A stretch of 64,000 nt of DNA, taken from positions 88,416-152,415 of the IMG/VR virus record IMGVR_UViG_3300021255_002784; one strand, 5' to 3'. Every line of letters starts with the position of its first letter. Position 1 is the first letter of the stretch. A program made the translations under genes and the position numbers. Of this stretch, positions 28,869 through 39,664 are shown piece by piece. The notes beneath the pieces are model-generated. The model saw only the letters and a program-made list of their open reading frames with translations, was not told the DNA's origin and searched no databases. This DNA comes from a virus (lineage: Duplodnaviria > Heunggongvirae > Uroviricota > Caudoviricetes).

Positions 28869-29078
28869 ATGATCACTTCTTTCAAAGAATATATAGCTCA
28901 ACAAATGGTGGGTAAGTCCTTCCATTTTGTTTGTGATTGTGTCTTTCCGATGGACTTCGTAGGCACAATCAAAGGCTACGATGCGTCTGGTAGTGAAATC
29001 ATATTTAATGTAGAAACTGGCAACAAAATGATTAACATTGGTGAGAACCATCCCAAATTAAAAGTAACTCCAGTATGA
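28869..29078 (+). CDS. Hypothetical protein (CTS-like N-terminus MITSFKEYIAQ)
   Basis: Preceded by TTATTATATATAC. Confidence 0.55.
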   Translation: MITSFKEYIAQQMVGKSFHFVCDCVFPMDFVGTIKGYDASGSEIIFNVETGNKMINIGENHPKLKVTPV

Positions 29079-29326
29079 GAGGTCTGTACGAAAGCATATT
29101 AGATGATGAATCTACCATCCTATCCCTGTTGATTCGTTTCGCAGATGTCTCTTCACAGATAATCACAGATATTCAAAAACTTTTGAAAAAACAACGTTAT
29201 ATTTCTGATGATGAATTGAGAGCTGTATTTCCGTTGGATAATTTTACTAACATAAAGTTCATTGTTTGGAATGATGGGTCCGATGAAGGTATAGTAAAGA
29301 CACCGAAAGGATGGCACATAAAATAA
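29075..29326 (+). CDS. Hypothetical protein (MRGLYESILDDE family)
   Basis: N-terminal motif shared with the 58801-62062 cluster. Confidence 0.55.
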   Translation: MRGLYESILDDESTILSLLIRFADVSSQIITDIQKLLKKQRYISDDELRAVFPLDNFTNIKFIVWNDGSDEGIVKTPKGWHIK

Positions 29327-29338
29327 ATATACATATAC

Positions 29339-29599
29339 ATGAAAAGCTTACAAGACTCAATCAATGAAAGTTTATTGAACGAAGGGACAGACTATATTAT
29401 TTATATGCCGTGTTCAGACCCTAGTGAAATGGAAGATATATACTGGGCTATTACTGATGAATTTGGAGATGGTTCAGATATGGCGAAAGATGACTGGACT
29501 ATCGGAGATGATTATATTAAATGTTATGTTCATGCAAAAAATCTCTCTCAAGTGAAAAAATTTGTAAAAGAGTATGACGCAGACTTCGAAAAACAATAA
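29339..29599 (+). CDS. Hypothetical protein (MKSLQDSINES)
   Basis: CTS-like N-terminus. Confidence 0.55.
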   Translation: MKSLQDSINESLLNEGTDYIIYMPCSDPSEMEDIYWAITDEFGDGSDMAKDDWTIGDDYIKCYVHAKNLSQVKKFVKEYDADFEKQ

Positions 29600-29610
29600 C
29601 TAAAAATAAA

Positions 29611-29700
29611 AAATCTTTGATATAAACAAAGATCTCCTTTAGGGCAACCAAATATATATCTCAAAGGAGATCTTTTGTTATACTCAAAATAATCGAGCAA
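29611..29700. repeat. AGATCT-core inverted-repeat element, copy 2 (convergent junction)
   Basis: AAAGATCTCCTTT...AAAGGAGATCTTT; near-identical to 51-143. Confidence 0.85.
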
Positions 29701-29710
29701 TATGAAGCGT

Positions 29711-29953
29711 TTAACGATTAGTGTATGCGTAGTCCTTAAAGTGTTGCATACGTTGAGTGAACTTCATAAGCACGATGAATGAGTTTTCTACAAACTTGAG
29801 CAAGTACTGGAACGTCTTGTTTTTTGCTTGCACAATGGTATGAGACATCACTTTGTTGAAGAAGCCGTGGCGTTCATAATCGTAAGGTTGGTTCTTTTTG
29901 GACTCCCAACGCTCATAATCGTAGAATCTATGTCCGTTTGGATAGGTTTCCAT
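29711..29953 (-). CDS. Hypothetical protein
   Basis: Last gene of the minus-strand tail operon. Confidence 0.5.
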   Translation of the reverse strand: METYPNGHRFYDYERWESKKNQPYDYERHGFFNKVMSHTIVQAKNKTFQYLLKFVENSFIVLMKFTQRMQHFKDYAYTNR

Positions 29954-29956
29954 ATA

Positions 29957-30643
29957 TTAGTCAAGTGTTACTACATCGGAATTGATGTAGTCTGGGTCAT
30001 TTTCAAATTTTGTGATTTCTTCTTCTAATGCAATCCCTAACGGAGACGTGTGCGGATCACCTTTGGCTGTTTCTGCGAGGCAGGACAAACATGCTATCAA
30101 CTTATCGAACAATTCAGCCACCTTGTCTCCATGACAAGCTGGATGTGCGCTACCACCCTTGGTGCCTAATGATATACCGTCGTCGGATATTTCAATAGTA
30201 CCGTGGGGTTGACCATTGGTCAGCGTGATGTTACCATCGTTGTCCAATTGGATTACTACTTCCTGGTTCCTAATGATCCAACCAGTACCATCCGAGAAAT
30301 ATATAGTGGCTGTACCTGTACCTGATTCACGATTTGACAGCACTTCTACGTTTTGTTTTTGTTGGATGTCTTCAGCCAACTTACCGTTGTTCAGTGCATA
30401 GTTGTCTTTACGGAACCAAAACAGTTGTTGCTCGTTATCTCCAAAGAATAGCACCCATACCTCATCGCCCTTGTTCGGAGTAGAGTAAGTATTAGATCCT
30501 CCTACACAAAATGGCTGTATAGGGGGCAGCACTTCCGCATCTTCCGCAGAGAACAATCCAGGGACGCTGGCCTTGATCGCTCCTTCAGGCGAAAGTACTT
30601 CGAGTATAGTGCCTGGTCGTATTTCCCCGTTAATTAGTTTCAT
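29957..30643 (-). CDS. Baseplate central spike/hub, gp5-OB / gpV-like
   Basis: IKASVPGLFS...STPNKGDEVWVLFFGDN (OB-fold signature), then beta-helix-like repeats. Confidence 0.7.
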   Translation of the reverse strand: MKLINGEIRPGTILEVLSPEGAIKASVPGLFSAEDAEVLPPIQPFCVGGSNTYSTPNKGDEVWVLFFGDNEQQLFWFRKDNYALNNGKLAEDIQQKQNVEVLSNRESGTGTATIYFSDGTGWIIRNQEVVIQLDNDGNITLTNGQPHGTIEISDDGISLGTKGGSAHPACHGDKVAELFDKLIACLSCLAETAKGDPHTSPLGIALEEEITKFENDPDYINSDVVTLD

Positions 30644-31406
30644 GACTGTTGTTTAATTCTTCGTATGGTCCTTGTTGTTCTATACCATCCTTACCGTATC
30701 CTAATAGATTGAACTGGGTGTGTTTGATATAGTTATCAGCAGGAATCACCGTACGATTATCAAATACTGGTATACAAGTCTCAACAGTTATGTCGAGCGT
30801 CATCTTACGACGTCTGTCATCGGTAGTGGCTTCATCAAAATCCAACATGTGCTCTCCATCTAATGAATCCGGTATGTTATATGAACATCGTATCTGTTGC
30901 CCCATATAAGTGATATTGAACGTACGAACGAAAGCCATGTGGGTAATGACTTGTTGCACTATTTCCAAAAAATCATTATAAGAATCCATCAAATATACCA
31001 ATTCAAACGACACGTTCATTGGAATACGTCTGAACTCGGATACAAAAGTAACGACTCCATCCTCCGACTCGTACTGGAAACGTCCTGTCGCATATGGATT
31101 AGACAATTGATCCAGCACCAGGTTGATTCCTTTAGGTGTTACCGAGCATCGAGGTACAATGGTGTAAATGTAGTTCTCGTTAACCGTTTCAAGAGGTTCC
31201 TTGGAGTGATCCTGCCCTTTGACCTCCAACATCATGATCTCGTCACCTGTGTTGAGTATATAATGAGGCACAGGTACACCCCGAACAGTCACATTATCAC
31301 GTAGTTCGGCCAGTAGACCTTTGGACAAAATGGAGAGGAAGCGAGACTGATTATTGCAATCAATCTCACCTCTTCTTATTTTCTCGGTTATCTCTCGAAT
31401 ATCCAT
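30630..31406 (-). CDS. Tail terminator/sheath stabiliser, T4 gp15-like
   Basis: VPVP...IVPR...RIPMNVSFELVY...EIVQQVI...RKMTLDITVET. Confidence 0.6.
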   Translation of the reverse strand: MDIREITEKIRRGEIDCNNQSRFLSILSKGLLAELRDNVTVRGVPVPHYILNTGDEIMMLEVKGQDHSKEPLETVNENYIYTIVPRCSVTPKGINLVLDQLSNPYATGRFQYESEDGVVTFVSEFRRIPMNVSFELVYLMDSYNDFLEIVQQVITHMAFVRTFNITYMGQQIRCSYNIPDSLDGEHMLDFDEATTDDRRRKMTLDITVETCIPVFDNRTVIPADNYIKHTQFNLLGYGKDGIEQQGPYEELNNSHETN

Positions 31407-34400
31407 TATTGATTCTTAATTATTGTTTTGTATCGGGATGCGTTAGTTATTGCGCGTTGTTCTTGTAGTGTGCTTGCGGTGGATGCCGAGATACTTTCTA
31501 ACATCGTTCTACTCATCAACCTATTAAGTGATGAACGAGCGCTCTTCTGTTGCACTGTATCAGTTGAAGTCGCATCAAATTCTATCAGATAGTTGACTGG
31601 GTCGCTATACAGACTTGGACGCAAATCAAATGTGATGATTTTGCTGATGGAATTAGATTTGTCTTGTAAATTTGGTACATAATACTGCACGGTTAGTGGG
31701 ACCACAACAGCTTCTGTAGGAGCCAGTACCAATTTGCTATGAGTACTGTCGCTGTCCAATTGGAGAGCTCCTTTTTCACTCAAATACGGATAGATTGTCA
31801 TAAGCGGATCAGTAGAACCAGTTGGAATATCGTCCAAAACCTGATAATCATCAGCGTCGGCAGACCCTAATTCATAACTCAACATGTTTGATGTACTGAA
31901 CTTATTCCCCTTATCGTAATAAGGCGTTTTATCATACGCATCACTAATGCGGAATGTCAACCATTGATTAGCCCGCTGAAGAGTCCAGGCTATACTCTTG
32001 CTTTCATCATATGATGCATGAGCCAGCCATACACCACCAGCATTTTGTCCTTCACCATAGCAGTACCCGTTTGTCTCCCATCTCGTATATTGCAAATCGT
32101 TGATCTTCTTATCACGTGAGCCTGGGAACACACTGTACAAATAAGATGTGAATGTGCTGATGTTTGCGATCTGTATAGTGGCCACTGTAGTATATATTTT
32201 TCCGTCTTTTCCAGCTTGGGTATCCAGATAAGCTGGTAGGGTGATCTTATTGATCTGATCAGGTTTGATGACTGTTTCCATACCATCGATGATGATGCTA
32301 ACTTGCAAGTTTTCAGAGCTTGCACCAGCCACCATTGCATTCAAATTTTTGATAGAGGCATCAATGTCCTGGAGTTTATCGCGCAAAGGAATGATACGAC
32401 GTTCTGCTGTATAGAAACCGGATGATATGTTTTCAGGTTTATGGAAGAACGTTATATCTTGGTCGACAACCTTGTCATTTATATGATCTGTGACACCCTC
32501 CTCTTTAAGGATGTTCTTGAATCGGTTGGTTTCGATATCATCGTTATTCTCCTTTACAATATCCAGTACTTGCACATCTTTAAGGAGTTCTTCTGGGAAT
32601 GTGATGTTGGTTACCTCTGACCACGCTGAAGTGGTTTCGATGAACGGATAACCAAAATCCCATACGATCTTCAATCGAATATCTACTGTCTCTCCTTGGG
32701 AGATGGGTATATCTATCTGATTGAAAGATGGTTCGTTCATACCACCATTATCTTGGGACTCGGTACCATCCACTGCGTATTGCGGATAGCCGAACTTATA
32801 GCCATCCTCGTACGAAGGCTCCTTCTGTAATATAAAAGAAGGCATGTCATTCCAATCACTGAAGATGAATTTGTTATCGGTACCTATGGTTGCAGCGGTA
32901 CCGGTCTCTCCATCCACAGTCTTGTAACGATATTGCACCTTGATGCCGTGTATGTGATCTTTGAACCGCGCCAATATTTCGTCTACATCCGAACCTACAT
33001 TCCATTTGTAGTATCCGCGAATATGATACTTTGCATTTTCCAATGGAATGACGCTGTCGTTTGCTGAGGTAGCTATCTCTTGCATGATGCAAGTGATACT
33101 CGTGTTCAACTCATTACGACGAGCGTTGTATTGGCTCAGTTGAGACAGGTACGAATCTCGAATACCGGTGGTATCTACAAATGATATCTCTGCCAGTGTC
33201 TTGTTGAGGTCCGCGATCTTACCTTGAAGTTCATTTAATTCAGTGAGGTATTCCTGTTTTTGTGAGTACAGGGCACGAATATTCTTAACCGTCTGAGAGT
33301 TGTTCAGATGCGTGTTGATCTGAAGAACTTGCAGATTGTTCGGGTCTACGTATGGTTTATAATTACGGAAGCGATCAAAGTCATCCTTGCTGTACTTCAT
33401 GATCGTATTGGACATGATCGATGTGATCTCGTATAGCACATCCCCCACATTGCGAACATTCTCCTCGTAGTATTGTTTGAAGGTTTTTTGACCGTCATTC
33501 ACATCTATTATTACGTCTGTGTCGATGATCACACCGCAACCCCAAGGTGCCTGTACATTCATACGGTTATTGAGAGCGGCGATAAATATGCAAACATATC
33601 GATCCTCTTCCAGAGGCACATTGAGGTATTTGTCTTTGGTAAAGTCTACTGCAGAGAAGAATTTTAACTTCGACAAGTCACTAACGTAGTTCTCATCGCC
33701 GGGATCCGCAACCAGATTGAGATAATCACCATTGAGCACCTTAACCGTTAGTTGGCGGGCAGCAGGATTGATAGATACAATTTCCATCTTCGCGCTGTCG
33801 TCGTATGTAACCAGCTGATCACCAACGGATAGATACTTCTCCATGGTCTCATCAAATAATAGATATTTGAGATCTTCAGCAAAAGTTAGTGTGATGTACT
33901 CATCCAAGTTATCATCCACAATATCCTTATCAATAGACTTGATGGTGTATGTACCACTACCTATATTTTTGCGAATAGGTAGGCTTCTGGTTGTGTCGTA
34001 TAGGATATAATCCGTATCCTCTTTATAAACAGACAGTATCTTCCACAGATCCGACCACTCACATTCGACAGTGGTCGATCCATTCAATTTTTCGCCTATT
34101 ATCGACTGGAGCGTGTCGCTTTTGATAGCCACTTTGCGAACCAGTGCCTGAGTAATATCATTTGGAAGAGTTTGTAAATCAAATCTGACGAACGGATTAG
34201 GTGTCAGCATGTCCTTGAGGATATCATTCTGCTCATGATCAAACCCTTCAGGCAGTGCTAATTTTAGACGACCTGGTGTGCACGTATAACCTCGTACTTC
34301 GATCGATCGGCTATTACCATCAAAATTGAATGTAGCCTCACCAGTTTTCGGGGCATTCACTAGATTGAGAAAATTCTCTTGCAGAGAGTTAATCTTGTTC

Positions 34401-34561
34401 TCCAATGATATGAATGAAGGTATTACATATTCAGCATCACCCACTGATACGGTAAGGTGTTCGTGCTTGGTAAAGAACGAATCGTTAATTGCTTGGAGGA
34501 TCTCCAAATTCTTTTGTGTCAACGTCTGCAGTTGAGTTAGATATTCAGCTATATTTGCCAT
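31406..34561 (-). CDS. Large hypothetical virion protein (1051 aa)
   Basis: Leads the tail operon; coiled-coil and beta-rich segments; no recognisable family. Confidence 0.45.
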   Translation of the reverse strand: MANIAEYLTQLQTLTQKNLEILQAINDSFFTKHEHLTVSVGDAEYVIPSFISLENKINSLQENFLNLVNAPKTGEATFNFDGNSRSIEVRGYTCTPGRLKLALPEGFDHEQNDILKDMLTPNPFVRFDLQTLPNDITQALVRKVAIKSDTLQSIIGEKLNGSTTVECEWSDLWKILSVYKEDTDYILYDTTRSLPIRKNIGSGTYTIKSIDKDIVDDNLDEYITLTFAEDLKYLLFDETMEKYLSVGDQLVTYDDSAKMEIVSINPAARQLTVKVLNGDYLNLVADPGDENYVSDLSKLKFFSAVDFTKDKYLNVPLEEDRYVCIFIAALNNRMNVQAPWGCGVIIDTDVIIDVNDGQKTFKQYYEENVRNVGDVLYEITSIMSNTIMKYSKDDFDRFRNYKPYVDPNNLQVLQINTHLNNSQTVKNIRALYSQKQEYLTELNELQGKIADLNKTLAEISFVDTTGIRDSYLSQLSQYNARRNELNTSITCIMQEIATSANDSVIPLENAKYHIRGYYKWNVGSDVDEILARFKDHIHGIKVQYRYKTVDGETGTAATIGTDNKFIFSDWNDMPSFILQKEPSYEDGYKFGYPQYAVDGTESQDNGGMNEPSFNQIDIPISQGETVDIRLKIVWDFGYPFIETTSAWSEVTNITFPEELLKDVQVLDIVKENNDDIETNRFKNILKEEGVTDHINDKVVDQDITFFHKPENISSGFYTAERRIIPLRDKLQDIDASIKNLNAMVAGASSENLQVSIIIDGMETVIKPDQINKITLPAYLDTQAGKDGKIYTTVATIQIANISTFTSYLYSVFPGSRDKKINDLQYTRWETNGYCYGEGQNAGGVWLAHASYDESKSIAWTLQRANQWLTFRISDAYDKTPYYDKGNKFSTSNMLSYELGSADADDYQVLDDIPTGSTDPLMTIYPYLSEKGALQLDSDSTHSKLVLAPTEAVVVPLTVQYYVPNLQDKSNSISKIITFDLRPSLYSDPVNYLIEFDATSTDTVQQKSARSSLNRLMSRTMLESISASTASTLQEQRAITNASRYKTIIKNQ

Positions 34562-34664
34562 TCGAGCTGTATGTTTTATTGTTACAAATATAATAAGGTA
34601 TCAAAAAGTGGTTCTTAAAAGAAGAAAAAATATACTGTTATTATAATTGTAATATAAATAGAGC

Positions 34665-36683
34665 ATGGCTAAAACAACCAATATATATGGAGCGATGAGT
34701 GGACTGGTTGGTAAAAACATCCATTCAAAAGTAAGGATCACACACGAAAACTTGATGTCTGATGGTATGTCCGAGGAGTTCAATACTTATCGCATGTGGT
34801 CTGCGGTCAATCTGGTTACCGAGGTGGATCCTCTTACAACAGATGATTATGAAAAAGATAAAGACGGCAACTGGATAAAAAAGAACCAACGTACAGTTGC
34901 TGAGTCTACTGGTATTCGAGCCATATTCAATAAATGGCATGCTGTACCCGCTGAAAACAAATCATTCGCCTGGCGTGTATCACAAAACATGCCATTGATC
35001 GATTCACCAAAAACACGTCAGTTGCAACGCTCTATGAACTCGTGTACCGTGCGGGACTTGGTGGAAAAATCAGCAGCTGGTTTATTGGGGGCGTCTGTAT
35101 ATAGTTATTCTGACTTCATGTTCTGTAAATATCTTGGACGGGTTCCTAATAACTACCTTATTACACTACGTCGATATACTGTTCCGGTACTGGACTATAT
35201 CAAACCATATGGTAACACGTCTGCGATTACCGGAGGTAAAGAATCCACTCAGACCGATGGAGGCGGGGCTCCAATAGGCACTATGGTCACCTGGTTGGGT
35301 ACGCCTGGTAACGAGATGAAGGAGATTATGAAGTACGACATCAGCATGCCGTACAAACAGGTCAATTCCAGCTTTGAGAGCGATGGTGTACCTACTCCGC
35401 AAGTTGTGAGCAAAGATTCGCAGGGTGCCATAGGAAATGCATTCAAAAAAGCATTTAACGAAAATATAGTAAATCAACATCTTGCTAATCACATCATGCC
35501 TGGTATGTTCAATAGGCGAGGTGGACGAGCTAATCCAGAACGCGTACCATATTACGACAAGAACAAAGCCTATGCTGGTGTAGATATGGTAAAGAGCATA
35601 TACGTACGGGATGCTGAACGAGGACTCCAATTCAAGCAATCATTTAAGTTGGTGTTCGACTACGAACTTCGTTCATACGATGGAGTCAACGGCAAACAGG
35701 CTATGCTGGACCTACTTGGCAACATCCTTTCTGTTTGTTATACCAACGGCGATTTCTGGGGCGGTGCCTATCGCCATGAAGCCGGGTCCAGTAGTATGCA
35801 ACCTATGTCTTCACTCGAATGTATGCAACACCATGGAACCTTTTCTGGTTATGTCAATGCATTCACCAGAGACTTTCAAAAGATCCGGGGCCGTGTAGCA
35901 AGTATGACGAAGAATCCATTGGAGACCCTGAAGACCTTGCTTAATGATTTAGGAGGTGCTCTTCTCGGTGGAGACATGAACATGGCACCTATCCAATATA
36001 AAACTGGTGTCAACTCGTTGTTATCAGATACTGCAGTAGGTCTTTGGCACGTAACCGTGGGTAATCCTTGTGCTCCTATGATGAGTATCGGTAACCTTAT
36101 ACTTACCAACACAACCATAGAGCATTACGGACCGCTTGGTATAGATGATTTTCCAACAGGACTTCGAGTAACATGCACATTTGACACTGGCAAACCTCGC
36201 GATAAGCGTTTGATTGAACGTATATACAACGGAGGTAATGACCGGATCTATTCACCACTGGATCAGTCTATACTGGACTCTCTTAATAATGCTCCTGATG
36301 TTCATAGTTATGACAAGGCAAATACTGATGCAAACGGCAACGCATCGCATGTCGTCACTACTACAGGCGCCAATACGATAGATGATGTCAGGAACGGTAC
36401 TACTGGCGGGCGATCTATTCAATCCCAAGTAGTTATGTCTGCGGAACTTTCAAAGCGAGATGAAGAGGCCAAATCAATGGCTAGTAGATTGATCCCGAAC
36501 ATAGAAATGTCCGTGTCTGGTTATCATAATAAAAACCTTGGTGCTGTATCCACTTTGCGTACCGCGGATATGGTAAAGAAGTATTTTGGTACGGCAGGTC
36601 AATACGCCATCAATGTAACTTCAGGTGAAATGAACGAAGGGTTTGCTGCACCTACAACAGATCCTAATGCTGGTAAAATATAA
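34665..36683 (+). CDS. Hypothetical structural protein, possibly tail-tube-initiator-like
   Basis: SFKLVFDYELRS...WHVTVGNP...GNLILTNTTIEH...FPTGLRVT is tube-fold-like. Confidence 0.35.
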   Translation: MAKTTNIYGAMSGLVGKNIHSKVRITHENLMSDGMSEEFNTYRMWSAVNLVTEVDPLTTDDYEKDKDGNWIKKNQRTVAESTGIRAIFNKWHAVPAENKSFAWRVSQNMPLIDSPKTRQLQRSMNSCTVRDLVEKSAAGLLGASVYSYSDFMFCKYLGRVPNNYLITLRRYTVPVLDYIKPYGNTSAITGGKESTQTDGGGAPIGTMVTWLGTPGNEMKEIMKYDISMPYKQVNSSFESDGVPTPQVVSKDSQGAIGNAFKKAFNENIVNQHLANHIMPGMFNRRGGRANPERVPYYDKNKAYAGVDMVKSIYVRDAERGLQFKQSFKLVFDYELRSYDGVNGKQAMLDLLGNILSVCYTNGDFWGGAYRHEAGSSSMQPMSSLECMQHHGTFSGYVNAFTRDFQKIRGRVASMTKNPLETLKTLLNDLGGALLGGDMNMAPIQYKTGVNSLLSDTAVGLWHVTVGNPCAPMMSIGNLILTNTTIEHYGPLGIDDFPTGLRVTCTFDTGKPRDKRLIERIYNGGNDRIYSPLDQSILDSLNNAPDVHSYDKANTDANGNASHVVTTTGANTIDDVRNGTTGGRSIQSQVVMSAELSKRDEEAKSMASRLIPNIEMSVSGYHNKNLGAVSTLRTADMVKKYFGTAGQYAINVTSGEMNEGFAAPTTDPNAGKI

Positions 36684-37138
36684 TGTCACATGATATAAAA
36701 CAGTTGAAGCCTAGTGCCAATTCGAGATATAGGCAAGGCTACATTGATCCGGGAAGCTGTAAAAAACTCTTCCCGGATCTTGTTAAGGATAGCATCATAT
36801 ACAGAAGTAGTTATGAGCAAAAGTTTATCTACTGGTGCGAAAACAACCCCAAGGTCAAGCATTGGGGGTCTGAATGTATGTCCATCAAATATATATCCAT
36901 GATCGATAAAAAAGAGCATACTTACTATCCAGATTATGTAGTAGAGATGGAGAACGGAGAGAAGTGGGTGGTGGAAATCAAACCCTATTCACAAACACAG
37001 CGCCCAGTTGTTGAAAACGGGTGGTTATGGAACGCCTACACTACAAACATGTCTAAATGGGTCGCAGCCAAGCAGTTCTGTGATGCGCGTGGGCTTAAAT
37101 TCAAGATACTTACCGAACGCACTATCGAGTTGTTATAA
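36683..37138 (+). CDS. Head completion nuclease, T4 gp4-like (TnsA-type)
   Basis: YRSSYEQKF..WCE.NP.V..WGSE...YYPDY...EIKP...KWVAAKQFC...FKILTE. Confidence 0.9.
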   Translation: MSHDIKQLKPSANSRYRQGYIDPGSCKKLFPDLVKDSIIYRSSYEQKFIYWCENNPKVKHWGSECMSIKYISMIDKKEHTYYPDYVVEMENGEKWVVEIKPYSQTQRPVVENGWLWNAYTTNMSKWVAAKQFCDARGLKFKILTERTIELL

Positions 37139-37154
37139 TGTTATTATATAGTAT

Positions 37155-37427
37155 ATGAATAACAAAGGATTTCTATATTCAGCACACTGTGAAAAAGGCG
37201 TACCTAGTTCCAAAAGATTTTGGGGTGGTATAGGCTTTGCAATATGTCAGTTATGCATCATCGCTGCTACAGTATTGTCGTTCATTCATACAGGCGAATT
37301 ATCCGGCACTGTTTCCAGTCTGATCGATTTCGACTTAGGTATCAGCGCAACATTATTAGGACTTTCTACTATCACTCGGATGTTTCAAGATAAAACATCC
37401 ATAGGTAAAACAGAATTTGATAAATAA
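37155..37427 (+). CDS. Small two-TM membrane protein (holin-like)
   Basis: SSKRFWGGIGF..., two hydrophobic helices, charged C-terminus. Confidence 0.45.
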   Translation: MNNKGFLYSAHCEKGVPSSKRFWGGIGFAICQLCIIAATVLSFIHTGELSGTVSSLIDFDLGISATLLGLSTITRMFQDKTSIGKTEFDK

Positions 37428-37441
37428 ATACTCGAACATAC

Positions 37442-37966
37442 ATGCCAACATATTTAGAAAATATATTAACCGGCATCAAGACTTGGGTAACAAGTAAGCT
37501 AGAAGATATATCTTATATCACAGCCAGCCATCTTAATTCGTTGCATGAAAGCATCGAAAATATCGAATCCATACTTGCTAATGAGTTCGAAGAATCCGAT
37601 TATTCCGAACGTGCATTATATACGACTCAAGAAGTAGAAGGAGACATAATGGCTACAGGCAAGATAATCAAACACGGAAGCAAGGTGTCCTTGTTTATTA
37701 AGAATGCAAACACGGTGAATGGGAGCCAAGATGTGTACTACGTTTTACCTTATGCTCCTGATACTGAATATGTAAATCTTGTAAACAATAGTGGGTTGTA
37801 CGAATATCTCGGAATACAATTCAAGGTAGAGATAACGACTCAAACCATCGACAATGTAATATATGATGTCATCAAGTTAAACAGATACGTCAATGGCAAT
37901 ATAACCAACTGGGATGCTGACCAATCAATAGCGTTCAGTTTAGTTTATGTTGCTGAAAACGTGTAA
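37442..37966 (+). CDS. Fibre-associated protein
   Basis: N-terminus (NILTGIKTWVTSKLEDISY) paralogous to that of 38001. Confidence 0.45.
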   Translation: MPTYLENILTGIKTWVTSKLEDISYITASHLNSLHESIENIESILANEFEESDYSERALYTTQEVEGDIMATGKIIKHGSKVSLFIKNANTVNGSQDVYYVLPYAPDTEYVNLVNNSGLYEYLGIQFKVEITTQTIDNVIYDVIKLNRYVNGNITNWDADQSIAFSLVYVAENV

Positions 37967-38000
37967 GTTTATCGGGTGCAGAATAAAATAACAATCATAT

Positions 38001-38840
38001 ATGATAGCAGAACAATTTATCCAGAACATTCTCATTGGTGTTCGTAGATGGACTAATGGTAAACTTGAAGAAATTTCTTATGTAGTATCCAGTCACATCA
38101 ACGAACTGACAGATAAAGTAAGCGCATTAACCGGTCGTGTAACAACAACCGAGACCAAACTTAATGGGATCGAAGCCGGAGCACAAGTTAACGTTATTGA
38201 GACTATCCAAGTGAATGGTACTACGGTTTCACCAACAGGAAAAGTAGTAGATATTACCATCCCCGCAGCAACGGTGACCGGTGTTAAATCTGGTGAGAAC
38301 ATTTTAGGATTGGATGGTACCGAGCTTACCTCTACCTTGACATTGAACTACGATTCTTCTAGTTCCAAGATTCAACTCAAAGGTAAGGAAGGCGCACTCG
38401 TAAGTGAGATCGATGCTACAGACTTCATCAAAGATGGTATGCTCGATTCCGCAAGCGTCCACACTCGTAAGACAACTTCTAGCACAGCAAACTGGACGCC
38501 GACTCTTCCATCCGGTGTAACCGAACCTACTGGGTGGACTGAGTCTAATGACGGTACCTATATCGTTCTTGTTTGGAACACTGATTCAGGCAAGTCAACG
38601 ACTTTCGTAAATGCAACTTCGCTCATTGACGTATATACAGCAGGTACGGGTTTGACTCTCAATGATCATGAGTTCTCACTCAATGTTGCTGGTTCTAGTG
38701 CAATCGGTGGAGTTAAGGTGGATAGTGCATCCACATCCGGCTTGTCTCTCGGATCTGATGGTTCGTTGAGTATAGCAGCTCCTGAGGTAGCAGATATTAT
38801 TGCATTTCTAAACAACGATGGTTCAGATCCTGTAGCGTAA
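38001..38840 (+). CDS. Tail-fibre-like protein
   Basis: KLNGIEAGAQVNVIETIQVNG, FIKDGML, YTAGTGL, GGVKV motifs typical of fibre proteins. Confidence 0.6.
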   Translation: MIAEQFIQNILIGVRRWTNGKLEEISYVVSSHINELTDKVSALTGRVTTTETKLNGIEAGAQVNVIETIQVNGTTVSPTGKVVDITIPAATVTGVKSGENILGLDGTELTSTLTLNYDSSSSKIQLKGKEGALVSEIDATDFIKDGMLDSASVHTRKTTSSTANWTPTLPSGVTEPTGWTESNDGTYIVLVWNTDSGKSTTFVNATSLIDVYTAGTGLTLNDHEFSLNVAGSSAIGGVKVDSASTSGLSLGSDGSLSIAAPEVADIIAFLNNDGSDPVA

Positions 38841-38874
38841 GTACAGGATTTGATAGTATAAAAAACTATCTAAC

Positions 38875-39621
38875 ATGAAAGAGTATATTAAAAAATTTGC
38901 TAATGCTTCTGATGGTGACAACTATTTAATTGAGAATATTCCTTTTATGACATCTGTAGAAGCATCTGGTCAAAACCTTGTTTGCAACCAATCTGGTAAG
39001 AAGCTGGTGAATGTATCTGGGATACTCCAAATTCAATCAGCTGGACCAGAAATGGTTGATCTTGGCTTATCTGTTAAGTGGGCTGCAAACAATGTTGGTG
39101 CGAATCCAGGTTCAACTCCAGAATCTTACTATGGTGATTACTATGCTTGGGGTGAGACGAAAACTAAATATGACAAGGAATATTCGTGGGAGACTTATGC
39201 ATTCGGTTCATCATCTCCATTTAGTAAGTATGACTCGGATGGTAAAATAGTATTGGAATCAGTAGATGATGTAGCTGCTCAAGTCTATGGTTCTGATTAC
39301 CGCATGCCTACTGCCACAGAAATTCAAGAGCTGATTGATGGAACAAGTAAAGTATGGGTAACTGACTATAATGGCATATCCGGTTTGAATGGATGCAAGT
39401 TCATGAAGAAATCCGATCATTCTGTATTCATATTCATCCCAGCTGCCGGCAACTATAGTTCTTCTGTCGTTGATGCCGGTAATTACGGCTACGTTTGGTC
39501 TTCATCTCTCAATTCGGACGATCCCAACTACTCTCGGATACTCAACTTCGATAGCAAAGGAATCTTCGCATTATACGACGATCGTTACTACGGTCTACCA
39601 GTTCGTGCAGTAGAAGTTTAA
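38875..39621 (+). CDS. Adhesin-like protein with DLGLSVKWA domain (DUF1566/FISUMP-like)
   Basis: VDLGLSVKWAANNVGA...YGDYYAWGET...RMPTATEIQEL...IFIPAAG...GLPVRAV. Confidence 0.75.
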   Translation: MKEYIKKFANASDGDNYLIENIPFMTSVEASGQNLVCNQSGKKLVNVSGILQIQSAGPEMVDLGLSVKWAANNVGANPGSTPESYYGDYYAWGETKTKYDKEYSWETYAFGSSSPFSKYDSDGKIVLESVDDVAAQVYGSDYRMPTATEIQELIDGTSKVWVTDYNGISGLNGCKFMKKSDHSVFIFIPAAGNYSSSVVDAGNYGYVWSSSLNSDDPNYSRILNFDSKGIFALYDDRYYGLPVRAVEV

Positions 39622-39664
39622 GTCTTTGAGAACGACGATAGTACAAAAAAGTTATTTAATATAC